Shown here: positions 59,893 to 64,000 of the stretch, piece by piece
Layout: each line of letters begins with the position of its first letter
Position numbering within the stretch: the first letter of the stretch is position 1
From: Spirochaetia bacterium
GTDB taxonomy: Bacteria; Spirochaetota; Spirochaetia; UBA9216
Assembly: GCA_963675665.1 (NCBI GenBank)
Contig: OY776510.1
Coordinates: 2,592,001 to 2,656,000 of the forward strand
Direction of reading: 5' to 3'
Length of the DNA: 64,000 nucleotides
The notes under the pieces: generated by a model
Databases searched by the model: none
The model's input: the letters and a program-made list of their open reading frames with translations, nothing else
Told to the model about the DNA's origin: nothing
Made by a program: the position numbers and the translations under genes

Positions 59893-59998
59893 CTCATCCT
59901 TTTACATCATTTTTGATCAGGATTTCTTCGCTGAGAAACCCGGCTGTACAATACCTAAAACAATTACTATTATTAACACGAGGAGTGATGGATAGCTT

Positions 59999-60505
59999 AT
60001 GCTCATTATTTTTACCAATGGTTTTATACCTGTAATACCGGTTCTGATATGGAATGCAGTATTTACAAAGAAATTGCCTGAAGAATTCGGTCCCGAATCT
60101 TTTGATAGGGGTATTCCCGGGCCGCTTTTGATATCTGAGAATATCCTGAGATTACTAGTGTTCTTCCTTCCTCTGTGCACAAGGATTAATATCATCAGCA
60201 GTATCGGGCAATTGGGGTTAATAATATTTCTTTTCGGTATTGCATGTTATTTCGGTTCATGGATAATGCTGATTAGATTTCCGGGCGCAAGATGGTCCAA
60301 ATCGCTTTTCGGTTTTACGGCGCCGGCATATACGCCCTTAATCTGGCTGGTCGGCTTAAGCCTCCTGATTGACTCATATTACTTCAGATTTTCGTATGCA
60401 TTCTGGCATTATGCCATACTAAGCTGTGCTTTTATCGGTGTCCATTTAACACATACGATCCTGGCCTTCAGTAAGAAGCGACGTAGCCACAAATACAGGC
60501 TGTAG
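59999..60505 (+). CDS. Hypothetical membrane protein
   Basis: 4-5 hydrophobic segments. Confidence 0.65.
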   Translation: MLIIFTNGFIPVIPVLIWNAVFTKKLPEEFGPESFDRGIPGPLLISENILRLLVFFLPLCTRINIISSIGQLGLIIFLFGIACYFGSWIMLIRFPGARWSKSLFGFTAPAYTPLIWLVGLSLLIDSYYFRFSYAFWHYAILSCAFIGVHLTHTILAFSKKRRSHKYRL

Positions 60506-60808
60506 AGATACCTGGTCAAACGGAAGTAGAGCGGTGCGGATGTTCCTGTCATTTGCTCGACATTCTACAGGGATAAGAGTTGCCTTCTGTCTATTACATT
60601 AAACAATAACGAAGGAGTTTTCATGAGATTACTGGATATTGAGTATCAGTTTCAAACCATAATCTGTTTTTGCTCTTTGTCTTCTATCCGTGGTTTTCAT
60701 ATGGAAAATTTCATTTTTCTGCTTTGTCCCCTCAGCAATCCTTGATTTTATTTCTTTTTCCGAATCGCTTCCTGTTTTCAAATTGTTAAAAATATCTATA
60801 ATACTGAT

Positions 60809-61987
60809 ATGGATAATATTAATTCTGAAGAAAATAATAATGAATTTGCTGAACTTTTAAACCGGAGTTTTACTGAGACGGAATCATTGACGCCGGGACA
60901 ACAGATTGAAACCGACATTGTTTCAATAGCCGGAGATACTGTCTTTCTGGAGCTTAACGGAAAGACAGAGGGGGTACTTGACCGGGCCGAGCTTGCAGAT
61001 AAGGATGGAAACATTCAGGTAGAGGTCGGAGACAGGATAAAGGTATTCTTCCTTTATGCAAAAAGCGGCGAGATGCATTTCACAACAAGGATAAGCGGTG
61101 ACAAGGCCGGTGAGGCCGGTAACGCGGTGCTTCAAACGGCGTATGAAAGCGCTATTCCCGTTGAGGGCTTTGTTGAAAAGGAGATCAAGGGCGGTTTTGA
61201 TATCAGGATAGGAGACGTGCGCGCTTTCTGTCCCTGGTCGCAGATGGGTTTGAAGCGTGTAGAAAACGCTGCAGAATGGATTGGAAAAAACCTCACCTTT
61301 AAAATCACCGAATTCAGCGAAAACGGGCGTAATATCCTCGTTTCAAACAGGGCCGTTTTGGAAGAGGAACACAATAAAAAGATCGATGAGCTGAAAAAGA
61401 CTCTTCGTGAAGATATGGTTGTCAAAGGTACTGTAAAGGAGATCCGGGATTTCGGCGCTTTTGTTGATATAGACGGAATTCAGGCCCTTTTGCCGGTTTC
61501 CGAGATAAGCCGGGAGCGGGTAGAGGATATTAACTCTGTACTGAAGGTCGGCAGCGGGATTGAGGCTTCCATTCTGTCAATTGACTGGAAAAGGGAGAGG
61601 ATAAGCCTCAGCATGAAAGCTTTGCTTGCAGACCCCTGGGATGAAATTGAAGCCAAATACAGCAAGGGCTCAAAATATACTGGAACTGTTGCGAGGATTA
61701 CCAGTTTCGGGGCGTTTGTTACCCTTGAACCCGGCCTCGACGGTCTTGTTCATATTTCTGAACTCAGGGGAGATTCCAGCGACAGTAATCCTGCCGATAA
61801 ATTAAAGCCCGGGCAGAGTATCACTGTGCTTATAAAGGACATTGATAAGGGAAAAAAGAGATTATCACTTAAGCCTGCTTCAACAATTCAGGAGGATGAG
61901 ACGGTAAAAAAATATATGGAACCGGAAGTTGACTCCGATACCTACAACCCCTTCGCTGCGCTTTTAAAGGACAGAAAGAAGAAGTAA
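60809..61987 (+). CDS. Ribosomal protein S1-like protein (four S1 domains)
   Basis: RAFCPWSQ, FGAFVDI..LLPVSEIS and FGAFVTL..GLVHISEL; 392 aa. Confidence 0.88.
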   Translation: MDNINSEENNNEFAELLNRSFTETESLTPGQQIETDIVSIAGDTVFLELNGKTEGVLDRAELADKDGNIQVEVGDRIKVFFLYAKSGEMHFTTRISGDKAGEAGNAVLQTAYESAIPVEGFVEKEIKGGFDIRIGDVRAFCPWSQMGLKRVENAAEWIGKNLTFKITEFSENGRNILVSNRAVLEEEHNKKIDELKKTLREDMVVKGTVKEIRDFGAFVDIDGIQALLPVSEISRERVEDINSVLKVGSGIEASILSIDWKRERISLSMKALLADPWDEIEAKYSKGSKYTGTVARITSFGAFVTLEPGLDGLVHISELRGDSSDSNPADKLKPGQSITVLIKDIDKGKKRLSLKPASTIQEDETVKKYMEPEVDSDTYNPFAALLKDRKKK

Positions 61988-62002
61988 TTTACCGAGGGTA
62001 GT

Positions 62003-62557
62003 ATGAACGTAAAGGAAGCAATAGAATCACGAAGGGCATATCGGGCCCTTGAAACCGCACCTGTCGACAGTGAGACTGTCGAAGAACTCGGAAAAGCCGC
62101 GCAGCTGGCTCCTTCCTGCTTCAACAAGCAGCCGTGGAGGTTTGTGTTCATCTCCGGCTCGCAAAGGCTGGAAGAGTTCCATTCTGTGCTGTCGGAACAG
62201 AACAGCTGGGCTAAAAATGCCCCTCTGATAATTGCCGTGATCACTGAACCGTCAATGGACTGCAGGCTGAAGGACGGGCGGGAATACAGCTTTTTCGATA
62301 CCGGAATTGCATGCGGCTTTATAATGCTGAGAGCAACGGAACTCGGCCTTGTGGCCCATCCCATGGCTGGATACAATCAGGCCGCAGCCAAAGCTGTTCT
62401 GGGCATTCCGGAAGAGATGACTTTAATCAATCTCATCGCAGTGGGCGTCCATGCGGAGAATTACAAAAAACTGCTTGAGGGCGACAGTCTGAAAGTGGAA
62501 GCCGAACGCCCGGTGCGGAAAGATCTGTCCGAGTTAATCAGGGTCGACAGTTATTGA
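62003..62557 (+). CDS. Nitroreductase family protein
   Basis: SRRAYR, LAPSCFNKQPWRF and ATELGLVAHPMAG. Confidence 0.9.
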   Translation: MNVKEAIESRRAYRALETAPVDSETVEELGKAAQLAPSCFNKQPWRFVFISGSQRLEEFHSVLSEQNSWAKNAPLIIAVITEPSMDCRLKDGREYSFFDTGIACGFIMLRATELGLVAHPMAGYNQAAAKAVLGIPEEMTLINLIAVGVHAENYKKLLEGDSLKVEAERPVRKDLSELIRVDSY

Positions 62558-62624
62558 GCGCGTGCCCCGGACATTGACATCCGGATACGGCATGATATTA
62601 TTATATCTCCTGATGGAGGCAATT

Positions 62625-64000
62625 ATGAAAAAAACCTGCCGGTTATTAATTCTTGTCCTGGTATTGCTGCTTTGTTCAAGCATCCTTTTTGCCGAAGAGG
62701 CATCCGGCGGCGTCCCGGCTTCGTTCTGCTTCGATTTTTACCGGGCCGTCAGCTCTTCAGAAGAAAATATTCTATTTTCCCCGCTTAGTGTATCCATGGT
62801 GTTTTCAATGGTGCACGCAGGAACAGCCGGCAATACCGCGCAGCAGATCGCCCGGACCTTCGGTTTTAAACCTGACAGCAGTGAACAGGCGGAATACTAC
62901 AAGGGGATAATCGATTCCATCAGGCAGATAAACAGCGGAGACACGTCCCTTCTGCTTTCCAATTCATTGTGGCCGCAAAAAGGGGAAATTAATCCGGAAT
63001 ATACCAGGTTGATTGAAAATGTCTATCACGGGAGAATTTTCCCTGTTGACTACCGCAGCAATGCGCCTGCCGTAACTGAAGCAATTAATAAATATGTAAG
63101 AGAATCTACGGCGGGGAATATTAAACGGCTTCTAAAATACGATCTTGATTCCGAAACGGTATTCACCCTGCTTAACGTAATCTACTTCAAAGACAGCTGG
63201 TTATACCGGTTCAACGAATCCTCGAACATGGTTCTGGAATTTCATATCGATGAAGATCATTCGGTTGAGACAATTTTCATGCATCAGGAATCGCCGTTCA
63301 ACTATTATGAAGATGAGTTTTTCCAGGCGGTGGAGCTTCCATATAATACCGAACGGATCTCGATGCTGATCATTCTTCCGCGAGGCGGGGAAGACTTGCA
63401 GCGGATAGAGCAGGGCCTGTCGTTCGAACAGCTCGAAGGTGTGCTCGGCAAGAAGTGGAGTGAACCGGTTAGTCTTTACCTGCCCCGTTTTGAGCTTGAA
63501 TCAGATCTGGATTTGAAACTGATTCTCTCTTCAATGGGAATAACCGATGCTTTCAATCTTGCGAAGGCTGATTTCTCGAATATGAGCGGCGAGCGGCTCT
63601 GTATCGGCTTTGCAAAACATGCAGCACGAATAAAGGTAAATGAGGAAGGCTCGGAGGCGGCCGCAGCCACTGTTGCAGGCGGGTGTTTTCCGGCCGGCAC
63701 TCTTGTGCTTACCGCCGGAGGTCCTGTTCCAATCGAAGAGATTGAGCCGGGAACACCGGTGCGCAGCTTCAATTTCAAAAAAGACGTTTGGGAAGAAGCA
63801 GAGGTAACAGCCCTGCATCGCTTCGACAATAACGATGCCGGGGTAGAGCTGAGCATTGAGGGCAGCTTTATAAGAGCAACGAGTAACCATCCCTTCTATG
63901 TCCTTGAAGGAGAAGACCTGCAAACACGGAGATATCCGGCTGATATTTCTGATCCGGTTGATGACGCGGGATATGGCGGCAGATGGGTTGAAGCCGGAGA
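62625..64000 (+). CDS. Secreted serpin with a Hint (intein/BIL) domain in the reactive-centre loop; runs off the window
   Basis: GGAGG RBS, signal peptide, NILFSPLSV, LLNVIYFKDSW, ELPY..SMLIILP, LYLPRF, ADFSNM, hinge EEGSEAAAAT, then CFPAGTLV and ATSNHPFY; no stop codon up to 64000. Confidence 0.9.
   Translation, partial: MKKTCRLLILVLVLLLCSSILFAEEASGGVPASFCFDFYRAVSSSEENILFSPLSVSMVFSMVHAGTAGNTAQQIARTFGFKPDSSEQAEYYKGIIDSIRQINSGDTSLLLSNSLWPQKGEINPEYTRLIENVYHGRIFPVDYRSNAPAVTEAINKYVRESTAGNIKRLLKYDLDSETVFTLLNVIYFKDSWLYRFNESSNMVLEFHIDEDHSVETIFMHQESPFNYYEDEFFQAVELPYNTERISMLIILPRGGEDLQRIEQGLSFEQLEGVLGKKWSEPVSLYLPRFELESDLDLKLILSSMGITDAFNLAKADFSNMSGERLCIGFAKHAARIKVNEEGSEAAAATVAGGCFPAGTLVLTAGGPVPIEEIEPGTPVRSFNFKKDVWEEAEVTALHRFDNNDAGVELSIEGSFIRATSNHPFYVLEGEDLQTRRYPADISDPVDDAGYGGRWVEAG

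Noticed and set aside
62653-63923. Track ORFs 62653-62910, 63476-63856 and 63531-63923
   Set aside because: Alternative-frame or antisense shadows of the serpin-Hint gene.

Overview
A 64-kb bacterial chromosome segment, probably from a spirochaete (inferred from gene content and integrase type). Housekeeping and metabolic genes lie at both ends (1-9.2 kb and about 54-64 kb). Between them are tandem integrative islands at tRNA-Pro(GGG). Island 1 (9196-25852, AT-rich, bounded by a 52-bp repeat of the tRNA 3' part) carries an integrase, xis, a rolling-circle-type Rep, two inverted IS66 copies whose swapped 8-bp target duplications show a 2.8-kb inversion, and a five-gene double-GTPase/GASH/GAP1-N1/metallophosphoesterase conflict operon. 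Island 2 (from about 26040, right end unclear) is a defence and toxin-antitoxin accretion zone. It holds AbiEi/AbiEii, two IS110-family elements with readable bridge/seekRNA guides (one apparently aimed at a Shine-Dalgarno site), MNT-HEPN, VapBC, HipBA, GxxExxY, a type I R-M locus with a frameshifted hsdR, an embedded Abi_2 gene with an upstream RNA hairpin, an FRG protein ending in an HsdR-like tail, a HelD-like helicase and RelBE. The most striking item is missing from the ORF track because it runs off the right edge: a secreted serpin (62625->64000) with a Hint/intein domain starting inside its reactive-centre loop.
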